From positions 75,929-139,928 of the forward strand of contig CAWIAU010000002.1 of the NCBI GenBank assembly GCA_963834265.1: a stretch of 64,000 nucleotides of DNA. The letters run 5' to 3'. This DNA comes from an uncultured bacterium (GTDB lineage: Bacteria; Patescibacteriota; Saccharimonadia; Saccharimonadales; 2-12-FULL-41-12). Below the pieces are notes generated by a model. It had not been told where the DNA came from, made no database searches, and saw only the letters and a program-made list of their open reading frames with translations. The translations under genes were made by a program, and so were the position numbers. Positions 46,534 to 54,909 of this stretch are shown here, in pieces; position 1 is the first letter of the stretch; each line of letters begins with the position of its first letter.

Positions 46534-47241
46534 ATGTCAGAAAATGTACCTATACGCGCACAAACGAATAAGTCAGGAGCACGACGCAACTGGGTGCGCG
46601 CAGCCGTGCTAGGTGCCAATGACGGTATAGTTTCTATCGCCGGTCTGGTAGTAGGCGTCGCCAGCGCTTCCGGTTCGAAGCCTATCATCTTTACTGCCGG
46701 CATGGCAGGATTAGTAGCCGGAGCATTATCGATGGCGGCCGGTGAATATGTCTCCGTTAGCAGCCAACGCGATACAGAAAAAGCTTTGCTTAAAAAAGAA
46801 GAGTATGCTCTGCATAATAATCCTGAGGAAGAGTTACTGGAGTTAGTAGACTTTTATGAAGCAAAGGGACTATCCGGAAAAACAGCACTTCTGGCAGCAA
46901 AAGAACTAACTGCTCACGATGCTTTTGCTGCTCACGTGGAAGTTGAACTGGGTATAGACCCGAATGATCTGACTAATCCATGGCACGCCGCATGGGCCTC
47001 AGCCGGCGCGTTTTTGGCCGGCGCAACACTTCCCCTCGTCGCAATACTATCCAGTCCCGAATCAGTGCGTATACCTGTTACGTTCGTATCTGTGCTGTTA
47101 GCTCTTGCCTTAACCGGTGCGCTTAGCGCCAAAGTTGGCGGTGCCCCCATTACCAGAGCGGCTTTGCGTGTCATGGTTGGTGGTGCCCTTGCAATGTTGA
47201 TCACCATTGCTATTGGAAATATTTTTTCTCTAAGAGTCTGA
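46534..47241 (+). CDS. VIT1/CCC1-family iron/manganese transporter
   Basis: Shows AAVLGANDGIVSIAGLVVGV and MAAGEYVSVSSQRD motifs, with C-terminal TM helices. Confidence 0.85.
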   Translation: MSENVPIRAQTNKSGARRNWVRAAVLGANDGIVSIAGLVVGVASASGSKPIIFTAGMAGLVAGALSMAAGEYVSVSSQRDTEKALLKKEEYALHNNPEEELLELVDFYEAKGLSGKTALLAAKELTAHDAFAAHVEVELGIDPNDLTNPWHAAWASAGAFLAGATLPLVAILSSPESVRIPVTFVSVLLALALTGALSAKVGGAPITRAALRVMVGGALAMLITIAIGNIFSLRV

Positions 47242-47466
47242 AAAAACTGATCAAAGCAGTAAAACAGTCAGGAGAAGCTAGGACCTGAGCAGATAATGAT
47301 CAATAATCAAAGTTTAATTGCTAATGCCCGGCTTTCAGCAGTAAATTTTGCTGTTGTCCAAAGTTATCCCGGGTACGCACAGTCTGCAAGAGCAACGCTT
47401 CAGGTACGAGCGCATACACTTGGAAACCGGCAATCAGAAATATTAGTATATCCAAGCTGACTTCCG

Positions 47467-47630
47467 TATACAGGACTTTCGCACTTTGCCACTGATTCCG
47501 GAGGTCTGCCCGGGTTTAGCAAAAATTTTCAGCATCCTGCGGGGTAGACGTTGCTACATTGAGAGAAGACGGGCAATTTGGCAGCCCAGATGAGTTCCGG
47601 GGCTGTGGGAAAGTGCGAGAGTCCTGTATA
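47467..47630 (+). promoter_or_regulatory. Long-stem structured element in a 476-nt intergenic leader
   Basis: The 26-nt arms tatacaggactttcgcactttgccac (47467-47492) and gtgggaaagtgcgagagtcctgtata (47605-47630) are complementary at all but 2 positions. They enclose ~110 nt containing further GC-rich pairings (tgcccg/cgggca, cagccc/gggctg). Confidence 0.4.
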
Positions 47631-47724
47631 GACTTCGGCTTATCCACATCCACCTATGTATAAGCGGATTACTCCATGATATGGTAATAGCGTAAACAAT
47701 GGTTAAGACAAAGGAGTTTTGAAT

Positions 47725-48291
47725 ATGCTCGATAGAATTATTAATGAAGTTAGTGATGCGATAGTGGCTGCTGTCGAAGGTGTAGACGATGTAGTAGGAG
47801 CTGTAACAGGAACAGTGAAAAATCAGGTTATCGGTGCCCTGCAAGGCACCAGTGAAATTGGCAGTACCAGCATTGAAGCAGTAGCTTCTGTCGCTGATGG
47901 TGCGATCAAAGGCGCCGGGCGTGTCGGAGGTTCGGTTATCGATGTCGCGGGCAATACCATGAGCGGTATTATCAGTGGTGTTAGCGAAGTAGGTGGAGAC
48001 ATTATCTCAGCTATCCGGGGTGCCGCTCAGGGAGTTGTACAGGGTACTGCCGAAACAGGCGGTGATATCGGCCAGGCAGCTGTATCTGCAGTTTCAAGTG
48101 CTATCAAATCAGCCGGCGATGTAGGTGCAGACACTTCTGAGGCTGCTAAGGCGGCTGCCGGAGGAGCGTTGGACGCAGCAACAACCGTAGGTGGCAACGC
48201 GGTCCAGACCGTACGCGATGCACTGTTATCTGCTGCAGCCTTGCCTCGGGACATAATAGAATCTGTCATAAAAGGTAGCGACAACAAATAA
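47725..48291 (+). CDS. Gly/Ala/Val-rich repeat protein (amphipathic-repeat, LEA/apolipoprotein-like), unknown function
   Basis: AAGGAG lies 8 nt upstream of the ATG at 47725. The sequence is a continuous degenerate repeat such as GA.G.V.G..E.GGDI..A. There is no TM helix or signal peptide. Confidence 0.6.
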   Translation: MLDRIINEVSDAIVAAVEGVDDVVGAVTGTVKNQVIGALQGTSEIGSTSIEAVASVADGAIKGAGRVGGSVIDVAGNTMSGIISGVSEVGGDIISAIRGAAQGVVQGTAETGGDIGQAAVSAVSSAIKSAGDVGADTSEAAKAAAGGALDAATTVGGNAVQTVRDALLSAAALPRDIIESVIKGSDNK

Positions 48292-48312
48292 TTTTTTAAA
48301 ACTCTTATTAAA

Positions 48313-48337
48313 GGCAGCCCTTTCGGGGCTGTTTTTA
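48313..48337. terminator. Bidirectional terminator (GCAGCCC-tttc-GGGGCTG + TTTTT)
   Basis: A GC stem flanked by A-rich and T-rich runs lies between convergent genes. Confidence 0.7.
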
Positions 48338-48338
48338 T

Positions 48339-49073
48339 TTATTCAAGTGATCGTTCGAAACGCCCGATTGGATCGTACCAACCCTGCTCCAGTATGTAAG
48401 TCTGGGCTTTCTTATCCAGGCCGAATGCAACCGATAGTCCTACTACAATAAAAATAATTCCTACTATTTTTTTCATTGAGCCGTGAGGATTACTGAGCCA
48501 GCCCAGTTTAGATATAACAGCCTTGCCGCCATATGCGACAAGTAATAATGCCCCCGCCATACCGATGGCATAAGCAATCAGATACAACAGACCACGGGCA
48601 AACGACTCGGGCAATACGCCTGCTACAACCAGTGCGTACGTCGGACTACAACTATTAAAAACCGGACCCAGACTCAAACCAATCAGAATTGCCGATATAC
48701 TTCCTTTGCCCTGTAAAGACTTTCCCAATAATTTGTTAGCAGATGTGTTGAACGAAGACGTGAATGGCAGACGATACCATAGATCAGGCTTCAGGAAATA
48801 AACTCCGAGCAAAATTACAATCAGACCGGAGACCACTGACCAGGCCATAGCCGGAATACCCAGAAACATTGTAGTGAACTTGAGTAGCAGCGTAAATAGA
48901 ATTACTGATATAGCCAGACTACCTGCGATGATAACCGGACGATACGTTGACGGCTTTTTGGAATTTTCATCCCCTACGAGTGTACCGCCGACTATTACCG
49001 GCAATAGAGGCAACACGCATGGTGCAAATATAGTCAGGACTCCGGCTACGAAAGATAGTATCAGGAGAGTCAT
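48339..49073 (-). CDS. ccdA: Cytochrome c biogenesis protein CcdA / DsbD-core thiol-disulfide transporter
   Basis: Six TM helices with conserved Cys in TM1 (FAPCVLPLLPV) and TM4 (NSCSPTYA). Confidence 0.85.
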   Translation of the reverse strand: MTLLILSFVAGVLTIFAPCVLPLLPVIVGGTLVGDENSKKPSTYRPVIIAGSLAISVILFTLLLKFTTMFLGIPAMAWSVVSGLIVILLGVYFLKPDLWYRLPFTSSFNTSANKLLGKSLQGKGSISAILIGLSLGPVFNSCSPTYALVVAGVLPESFARGLLYLIAYAIGMAGALLLVAYGGKAVISKLGWLSNPHGSMKKIVGIIFIVVGLSVAFGLDKKAQTYILEQGWYDPIGRFERSLE

Positions 49074-49079
49074 AGGAAT

Positions 49080-49577
49080 TTACAGGATATTTTTTTTGAG
49101 ATTAGCGAAGCTGGGCTCGTCATATGCAACGAAGTTCTTTATAACCTTGCCGTCAGCATCAAATTTGAGGAATGAAGTCTGCAGTTTAACCCCATATTTT
49201 TTGCGCAAATCCTGATTACTATCATAATCGATTTTATAAATGGTTGTTCCGGCAGGAATCTGACTCAAATTCGCTTTTATGTCCTTTTCTATCTCTCGGC
49301 ACTGGAAACACCACGGTGCATGGAAAAATAAAATACGGCTACCTTTAGCAGAGGCAAAAGTTGCTTCATCAAAGTCAGTGAATGTTCCAAGCTGAGTATT
49401 ATTCTGTTGATTTTGATTCTGTTGTTGGACCGGTAACTGAGCAGTATCTGAGGTTGTTGGTTTTTGTGTCGAAGCCTGGTTTGTTGTTTTTTCTTCCGGT
49501 CCCATTGCGAGATATGCCATACCGCCGCCAATTAAACCTATGAATACTATTATACCTATAAAAATATTTTTGTTCAT
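49080..49577 (-). CDS. Membrane-anchored thioredoxin-like protein
   Basis: Has an N-terminal TM helix, a Q/N-rich linker, and a thioredoxin fold with a WCFQC active site. Confidence 0.75.
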   Translation of the reverse strand: MNKNIFIGIIVFIGLIGGGMAYLAMGPEEKTTNQASTQKPTTSDTAQLPVQQQNQNQQNNTQLGTFTDFDEATFASAKGSRILFFHAPWCFQCREIEKDIKANLSQIPAGTTIYKIDYDSNQDLRKKYGVKLQTSFLKFDADGKVIKNFVAYDEPSFANLKKNIL

Positions 49578-49594
49578 AATGTAAAGTATATCAT

Positions 49595-50110
49595 TTATTT
49601 CAATCTGCTAGCAAATTTGGCGCGTAATTTATCAAGCTTGGGGTTAATGATAATTTGACAGTAATCCGGACGATCAGTTTCATAATCATATTGATAATCT
49701 TCGGCCGGATAGAACTTTGTCAAAGGTTTTATTTCTGTAACGATCGGATCTGGCCAAACTTTCTGAGCTTCCTTTTTGCTTGCTCCGATAATAGTTTTCT
49801 GACTGTCATTACCATACAAAATAATCGATCGATACGACGAGCCGACATCGGGCCCCTGCCGGTTCAACGTTGTAGGATCATGAATTGACCAGAATATTTC
49901 CAGGATATCTTTCAGTAAAATAACATTGGGATCAAACGTAACTTTTACGACTTCTGCATGTCCATACTCTTCCATATACACTTGCTGATAAGTAGGGTTT
50001 TCGCTGGTACCTCCTGCATATCCCTGCACGACTTCAGTCACCCCATTTACCAAACTATACGATGCGTGCAAGCACCAAAAACAGCCGCCGCCAAGTACAA
50101 CCGATTCCAT
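49595..50110 (-). CDS. msrA: Peptide-methionine (S)-S-oxide reductase
   Basis: Shows the GGGCFWC active-site motif and GHAEVVKVTFDP. Confidence 0.9.
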   Translation of the reverse strand: MESVVLGGGCFWCLHASYSLVNGVTEVVQGYAGGTSENPTYQQVYMEEYGHAEVVKVTFDPNVILLKDILEIFWSIHDPTTLNRQGPDVGSSYRSIILYGNDSQKTIIGASKKEAQKVWPDPIVTEIKPLTKFYPAEDYQYDYETDRPDYCQIIINPKLDKLRAKFASRLK

Positions 50111-50115
50111 TCTAT

Positions 50116-50517
50116 TTAGTCCTGCACCTTTTTAGAGTCAAATACCAGACAAGCGGAATTGATACAATAACGCTTGCCCCCATGATCAGCAGGGCCATCA
50201 TTAAACAAATGTCCAAGATGAGATCCACAGTTCTTACATGTTACTTCTTTTCGACTCATTCCTCTTGTCGTGTCATTGTATAGTTCCACATGTTCACGGT
50301 TAACCGGATCAGTAAAGCTTGGCCAACCCGTTCCGGATTCGAATTTTGCATCACTGCTAAACAATTGCCTGCCACATGCCGCACAGCTATATGCACCGTC
50401 CTCATGATTATCAACATACCGGCCGGAAAAGGGCGCCTCGGTGCCTTTCTCGCGCAATATCTGGTATTGCTCCGGGGTCAACTTCTGTTTCCAATATTCT
50501 TCGGATCTGTCCTTCAT
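50116..50517 (-). CDS. msrB: Peptide-methionine (R)-S-oxide reductase
   Basis: Has two CxxC zinc motifs (CAAC, CKNC), the GTGWPSF motif, and a catalytic RYCINS. Confidence 0.9.
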   Translation of the reverse strand: MKDRSEEYWKQKLTPEQYQILREKGTEAPFSGRYVDNHEDGAYSCAACGRQLFSSDAKFESGTGWPSFTDPVNREHVELYNDTTRGMSRKEVTCKNCGSHLGHLFNDGPADHGGKRYCINSACLVFDSKKVQD

Positions 50518-50584
50518 GTCTTCGCTCTTAGAATCTCCTTAGCCTTTAGTATTATATCAATTTCTCTGTATAATTAGTTAGCCT

Positions 50585-50959
50585 ATGCTGGATATTAGCG
50601 ATAAAGATTTTGAAGAGCTGGTCAATAAGGCGCTCGACGCATTACCCAAAATTTATCTGGAGAATCTGAATAATGTTGCTATCGTAACAGCTGATAATCC
50701 GACTTCTGAACAGCGTACCGAACTTAAACTACACTGTAACGAAACTCTCTTCGGCTTATATCAGGGCATTCCTCTGACTAAACGCGGTAGTAACTACAGT
50801 CTGGTCCTGCCTGACAAGATTACTATCTTCAAAAGGCCTATTCTTGCCGTAAGTCATAATCCGGAACAAGTAGCCGAACAGGTGCGGCACACAATTTGGC
50901 ACGAAGTAGCTCACTTCTACGGTTTGGATCACGTTCAAATCCACAAACTAGAAAAGTAA
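50585..50959 (+). CDS. Small zinc-metallopeptidase-like protein (HExxH)
   Basis: 124 aa carrying WHEVAHFYGLDH. It resembles the minimal 'metallopeptidase family protein' (DUF1025-like). Confidence 0.6.
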   Translation: MLDISDKDFEELVNKALDALPKIYLENLNNVAIVTADNPTSEQRTELKLHCNETLFGLYQGIPLTKRGSNYSLVLPDKITIFKRPILAVSHNPEQVAEQVRHTIWHEVAHFYGLDHVQIHKLEK

Positions 50960-50961
50960 AA

Positions 50962-52176
50962 CTAGCTTTTTGCCTGGCTGTTTGCGAAGCAGCGGGGACA
51001 GGACTCTTCGGTTTCATATTCGGCCAGCCAATGCTTCGTCGCGCGGAACCATGGCTCATAGTCATGATAAGCTATCAGGTCGGCAGCCCTGCGCAACCAC
51101 CAGCCCATGCGGCCATAAATGCGCACTGAGCCCCATAACACTGCGGCCCAGTTCGGACCGGCCGGCATAACATAGATGGGTTTTTTGGCATGATATGGCT
51201 GGTTGCTTTTGCCATCGGCAAGACGTATAAGATTGTTTGCAACGAACACGCCGTCGCGCAGAGCAGTCTGCGCCATACCGCTATATGGTGTATCTGCATT
51301 ATCCCCCAGTACATAAATACCCGGTTCAGCCTGTAGGAACTGGTCAACACGCACTTTTCTATTTGGTGATGGCTGGAAACCCTGTTCAGCAAAAAAAGGA
51401 TTGTTACTCATACCGGCAGTCCAGACAACCGTATGGCTGCGAATCGGCTTGCCACCTATGACAAGCTCGTCGGGTGTCTGGGACTCTACAGCAGTTTTGA
51501 GATATAATTTGACACCTTGTCTGCGCAGTTGCCGTGCAATGGCCCGCGAAATATCTTTTGGCATGCGCGGTACCAGATAAGGCGCGGCCTCTACCAGATC
51601 TACATGTACTTTTCGTTTGGGCAAACCATGTTTACGGCGAATACTCTCTACGTAATCGCCTAATACGCCGGCTAGTTCTATACCAGTCGGACCACCGCCA
51701 ATAACAACATAGTTCAGATCAGGCTGGTTTATATCAAGTAGCTGCGCGTGCAAATGATCTTTTAATTCCTCAGCATCTTCCGGAGTTTTAATACCGAAAG
51801 CGTTCTGCTCTATCCCGGGTATATTGAAGTAATTGGTCACAACACCTAATCCCAGGATTAGCGCGCTATATGTATATTTCTCTCCGTTATCAGTCGTAAG
51901 AGATTGTGTTTTACGATCCAGTCCTGTCGCTTTAGCATATACAATTTTTACGCGGGGATGTTCGGTAAATATTTCTTCTAACGGGATTGAGGACACCTCA
52001 CTGCTGCCTCCCATAGCCGTATGATAAAGCGTTCCGTAATAACGGAAATTCGGCGTGTCGCTAATAAGCGTTATGTGGAATCGAATGTCCTGAGCTAACT
52101 CCAAAGCAGCCTTGACGCCCGCGAAGCCGCCACCGACGATGACTATCTGATGTTTTTGTTTTGGCATATTGTTCAT
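50962..52176 (-). CDS. ndh: Type II NADH dehydrogenase (NDH-2)
   Basis: Has two Rossmann motifs (IVIVGGGFAGV; VVIGGGPTGIELAG) and GDNA near the C-terminus. The start at 52176 or 52167 is preferred over the upstream ATG at 52272. Confidence 0.85.
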   Translation of the reverse strand: MNNMPKQKHQIVIVGGGFAGVKAALELAQDIRFHITLISDTPNFRYYGTLYHTAMGGSSEVSSIPLEEIFTEHPRVKIVYAKATGLDRKTQSLTTDNGEKYTYSALILGLGVVTNYFNIPGIEQNAFGIKTPEDAEELKDHLHAQLLDINQPDLNYVVIGGGPTGIELAGVLGDYVESIRRKHGLPKRKVHVDLVEAAPYLVPRMPKDISRAIARQLRRQGVKLYLKTAVESQTPDELVIGGKPIRSHTVVWTAGMSNNPFFAEQGFQPSPNRKVRVDQFLQAEPGIYVLGDNADTPYSGMAQTALRDGVFVANNLIRLADGKSNQPYHAKKPIYVMPAGPNWAAVLWGSVRIYGRMGWWLRRAADLIAYHDYEPWFRATKHWLAEYETEESCPRCFANSQAKS

Positions 52177-52231
52177 AATTGTATCTAAACAGTCGTCATC
52201 TGTAAATAAGCTTATGGTATTATTCTTATCT

Positions 52232-53907
52232 ATGGACAAAGTAAAGCAGAGTCTGAGCGACGAGCTGGCCAAAATCTTCAGAGGCGAAATAGATTCTTCG
52301 GATGAAGCACGGGAATTCTATAGTCATGATGCCAGCATGTTTGAGCTGGTACCGGAAGTCATCGTATCTCCTGAAGATACAAATGATATCGAACAACTTG
52401 GTAGCATTTGTTGCAAAGCACAAAAAAGATAATCCCGGCCTGTCCTTAACTGCCCGCAGTGCCGGTACCGACATGAGCGGTGGTGCGATTAATGACTCGA
52501 TCATTGTTGACTTCAGCAAGCATTTTACTACTATCAAAAAGGTTGGCAAAACTACCGCGCATGCTGAGCCTGGTGTATTTTATCGCGATTTTGACCTGGC
52601 AACTCTCAGGCATAATTCCCTGATGCCTAGCTATCCTGCCTCACGCGATCTTTGCACTATAGGCGGCATGGTCAACAACAATTCCGGCGGCGAAAAATCA
52701 CTGGAATATGGCAAAACTGAAGATTTCGTAACAGAACTTGAATTTGTGTTTGCCGATGGCATTGCCCGCAGAGTCAAGCCCCTGAATAAGCTGGAACTTA
52801 GTGCGCAAAATGGGACAGAAGGACTTTGAGGGGCGGGTATACAAACAACTATTTGATTTGTGCGAAAAAAACTATGACGAAATCAAAGCTGCAAAGCCGC
52901 ATGTTACCAAGAACTCAACCGGCTACAATTTATGGGATGTCTGGGACCGCGAAACGGGTATATTTGATCTGACTAAAATAATTGTCGGCGCCCAGGGCAC
53001 CTTAGGATTTGTGACAGATATACATTTCCGGCTTGTAAGACGCCGTCCACACTCCGGCCTGTTGGTTTTGTTTATGAAAGATATCAATAAATTAGGTGAA
53101 ATTATTCCTCTGGTACTTGCCCACAAACCCGCAACCTTTGAAAGCTTTGATGATGCGACACTCAAACTTTCAATACGTTTTATGCCCAGCTTCTACAAAA
53201 TGCTGGGGCTCAAAAAGTTCATCCATCTGCTTGTGAGTCTGATACCTGATGGGCTTCAGTTGTTGCGTGGTATTCCTAAGTTGATTCTGATGATTGAGTT
53301 CAACGGCGAAACAAATGAGGAGGTTCGAAGTAAAATCAAAGCTCTGCACAAAGAACTTGGCATGAAACGCGCACGCTATGAGATAAATGGATTTGAGGAA
53401 GACGATTCAGAAATGAAGAGCGAGAAGTTCTGGATCATGAGACGGCGCAGCTTCCAGTTACTTCGCAGTAAAGTCAAAGACAAACACACCGCTCCATTTA
53501 TTGACGACCTGGTTGTCAATCCGCCCCACCTGGCCGAATTTTTGCCTGAACTTCGTAGAATTATCAAAAAATATAAGCTTCTTGCGACCGTCGCCGGCCA
53601 TATGGGCGACGGAAACTTCCACATTATCCCTCTGATGCAATTAGAGAATCCGAAAGACCGGGCGAAATTGCTTCCGGCAATGAAAGAAGTAAACACGCTT
53701 GTTCTCAAGTACGGAGGATCGCTCAGCGGAGAGCATAATGATGGCTTGGTACGTGGCCCCTGGCTGAAGCTGATGTACGGCCAGAAAGTTCTCAACCTCT
53801 TCAAAGAAACCAAGCATATTTTTGATCCTGATAATATATTCAACCCACATAAAAAAGCCGATGCCAAATGGGACTATAGCTTCTCCCACATCCGCGATAA
53901 ATTCTAA
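52232..53907 (+). pseudogene. FAD-linked oxidoreductase (GlcD/D-lactate dehydrogenase-like), two frameshifts
   Basis: Three frame segments (52232-52432, 52302-52829, 52801-53907) read as one FAD_binding_4 + FAD-oxidase_C protein: PEDTNDIEQL|VAFVAKH...RSAGTDMSGG...GGMVNNNSGG ... HMGDGNFH ... SGEHNDG. The breaks are near 52400 and 52810 and are not in long homopolymers. Confidence 0.8.
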
Positions 53908-53989
53908 GCTTCAGGTCCTGTGGTCCTTTAACGCAAGAATCGTTATACTATCCCTATAAACATAACCGAATTTTGGGACTAACTGCTGC

Positions 53990-54907
53990 ATGGCCTTACT
54001 CAGGAAAAGAAAGATGACAGAGAAAGAAAAGCTGAGCCTTGCTATTGTGCTTTCTCTGGCTATCTTATCTATAGGTACATTTTTGTTATTCAATAATAAT
54101 ATCGCGGTATTGAATCCGAAAGGTCCTGTCGCTGAGCAGCAGCGGGACCTGATTGTGCTGGCTTCATTACTGTCATTGATTGTGGTTGTTCCTGTGTTTG
54201 CGTTGACTTTCGGTATAGCCTGGAAATACCGCGCCGGAAACAAAAAAGCCAAATATACACCTGACTGGGACGGCAATCGCAAGCTGGAATCTATATGGTG
54301 GGGCGTGCCATTGATTCTGATTATTATCTTGTCAGGAATGATTTATAACAGCAGCCATGAGCTGGAACCCGGCCGCCCGTTGATATCAGACAAAAAACCA
54401 CTTACAATTCAGGTTATTGCATTGCAATGGAAATGGCTGTTCATATACCCTGATCAAAATATAGCCAGCGTAAACTATGTACAATTTCCGGAGGATACAC
54501 CTGTTGATTTTATGATTACCGCCGACGCACCGATGAATTCGTTCTGGATTCCGGAATTAGGGGGACAAATTTATGCCATGGCCGGGATGACTACGCAGCT
54601 TCATCTGATGGCAGACGAACAGGGGGAATACCGCGGATCATCGGCAAATATTAGCGGACGGGGGTTTTCGGGTATGAAGTTTGTAGCACAGGCTACAAAC
54701 CAGACAGAATTCAATGGCTGGATACAATCGGTTAAAGATACAAGTGGGCCCCTGACTACTGAGACCTACTACGATCTTGCCAAACCCAGTGAAAATGAGA
54801 AACCAGCGTATTATTCGATTTTTGATACTTCACTGTATGATACTGTTATTACGAAATACCTGGGACCCGGCCACGCGGCAACCGGCCGAAAACACGGAGG
54901 CTTTTAA
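53990..54907 (+). CDS. cyoA: Cytochrome bo3-type quinol oxidase subunit II
   Basis: Has two TM helices plus a cupredoxin domain lacking CuA ligands ([28 protein letters not shown], as in CyoA). An alternative start is at 54014. Confidence 0.85.
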   Translation: MALLRKRKMTEKEKLSLAIVLSLAILSIGTFLLFNNNIAVLNPKGPVAEQQRDLIVLASLLSLIVVVPVFALTFGIAWKYRAGNKKAKYTPDWDGNRKLESIWWGVPLILIIILSGMIYNSSHELEPGRPLISDKKPLTIQVIALQWKWLFIYPDQNIASVNYVQFPEDTPVDFMITADAPMNSFWIPELGGQIYAMAGMTTQLHLMADEQGEYRGSSANISGRGFSGMKFVAQATNQTEFNGWIQSVKDTSGPLTTETYYDLAKPSENEKPAYYSIFDTSLYDTVITKYLGPGHAATGRKHGGF

Positions 54908-54909
54908 AA

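Noticed and set aside
47480-47520. Possible cobalamin riboswitch (GCCACTG followed by GGAGGTCTGCC, reminiscent of the B12 box)
   Set aside because: The two motifs are only 5 nt apart instead of being separated by the usual helices. The upstream GGGAA/GGTG..AATCC core is missing. The downstream gene also has no link to B12.
47554-47844. 96-aa minus-strand ORF overlapping the start of the repeat-protein gene
   Set aside because: It overlaps a better-supported plus-strand gene and its Shine-Dalgarno sequence. The translation is aromatic/Ser/Ile-rich and junk-like, and the region is better explained as a structured leader.
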